Origin: Candidatus Krumholzibacteriota bacterium
GTDB lineage: Bacteria > Krumholzibacteriota > Krumholzibacteriia > JACNKJ01
Direction of reading: 5' to 3'
DNA length: 64,000 bases
Assembly (NCBI GenBank): GCA_016933175.1
Contig: JAFGBK010000107.1
Coordinates: forward strand, 958 to 64,957
Made by a program: the position numbers and the translations under genes. This document shows positions 63,837 through 64,000 of this stretch, piece after piece. The stretch's first letter is position 1, and every line of letters begins with the position of its first letter. The notes under the pieces are model-generated. The model had not been told where the DNA came from. It ran no database searches and saw nothing but the letters and a program-made list of their open reading frames with translations.

Positions 63837-63865
63837 AATCTAGGCGGCCCGGCGCGGGGGGTCAA
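63837..63865 (-). promoter_or_regulatory. Sigma70-type promoter of the S55 operon
   Basis: TTGACC (63865-63860), 17-nt spacer, TAGATT (63842-63837). Confidence 0.6.
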
Positions 63866-63871
63866 GGAGAC

Positions 63872-64000
63872 CTAGAAGAGCCACGCGGCGGCGCCGGCCG
63901 CCGCCAGCAGGGGACCCGGCGCTAGACCCAGCGCCAGCAGCAGTCCGCCCAGGGCGAGCAGCAGCGCCGCGGCCCCCGCCGGGCGCGTCAGGGTCGGCGG
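63872..64000 (-). CDS. 3' end of a membrane protein, truncated by window edge
   Basis: Open frame PPTLTRPAGAAALLLALGGLLLALGLAPGPLLAAAGAAAWLF ending in TAG at 63874-63872. Confidence 0.5.
   Translation of the reverse strand, partial: PPTLTRPAGAAALLLALGGLLLALGLAPGPLLAAAGAAAWLF

Overview
GC-rich bacterial chromosomal window, about 47 genes plus one partial gene at the right edge, mostly in tightly coupled operons. I found no rRNA, tRNA, CRISPR array, transposase or phage genes. The gene repertoire (PorV-like barrels, FlgD-Ig C-terminal domains, gingipain-like C25 proteins, short TWxxVKxLY C-terminal tags) suggests an FCB-group candidate lineage such as Krumholzibacteriota, Latescibacterota or Eisenbacteria; this is inference. 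Main blocks: (1) 1-9964, a large Ig/FlgD surface protein, PorV-like barrel, 1002-aa TPR protein, ExbB, two ExbD, TonB and an FlgD/OmpA-like protein; (2) trpS, a candidate ~125-nt sRNA, and the acyl-CoA dehydrogenase/etfB/etfA operon; (3) dapF-like, ABC-2 exporter, nitrilase-family and NUDIX operon; (4) two paralogous ~1575-aa C25/FG-GAP/FlgD proteins; (5) FlgD cargo, PorV-like barrel, small barrel and rhomboid operon, divergent from four paralogous exported acidic proteins that share a gap-free 15-residue C-terminal motif; (6) HExxH lipoprotein, amidohydrolase, second TonB-like protein, M24 peptidase, orphan histidine kinase, pgsA, beta-helix lipoprotein and 5'-nucleotidase; (7) tldD/pmbA downstream of a ParA-CBM48 (glycogen-binding) fusion operon; (8) a seven-gene operon from a circularly permuted SpoIVB/S55 peptidase to DUF212. 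The best candidates for undescribed biology are a T9SS-like export or surface machine apparently powered by ExbBD-TonB, the TWxxVKxLY C-terminal sorting tag, the ParA-CBM48 positioning module and the Csr/Rsm-like sRNA. All calls come from reading motifs by eye; no database searches were run.
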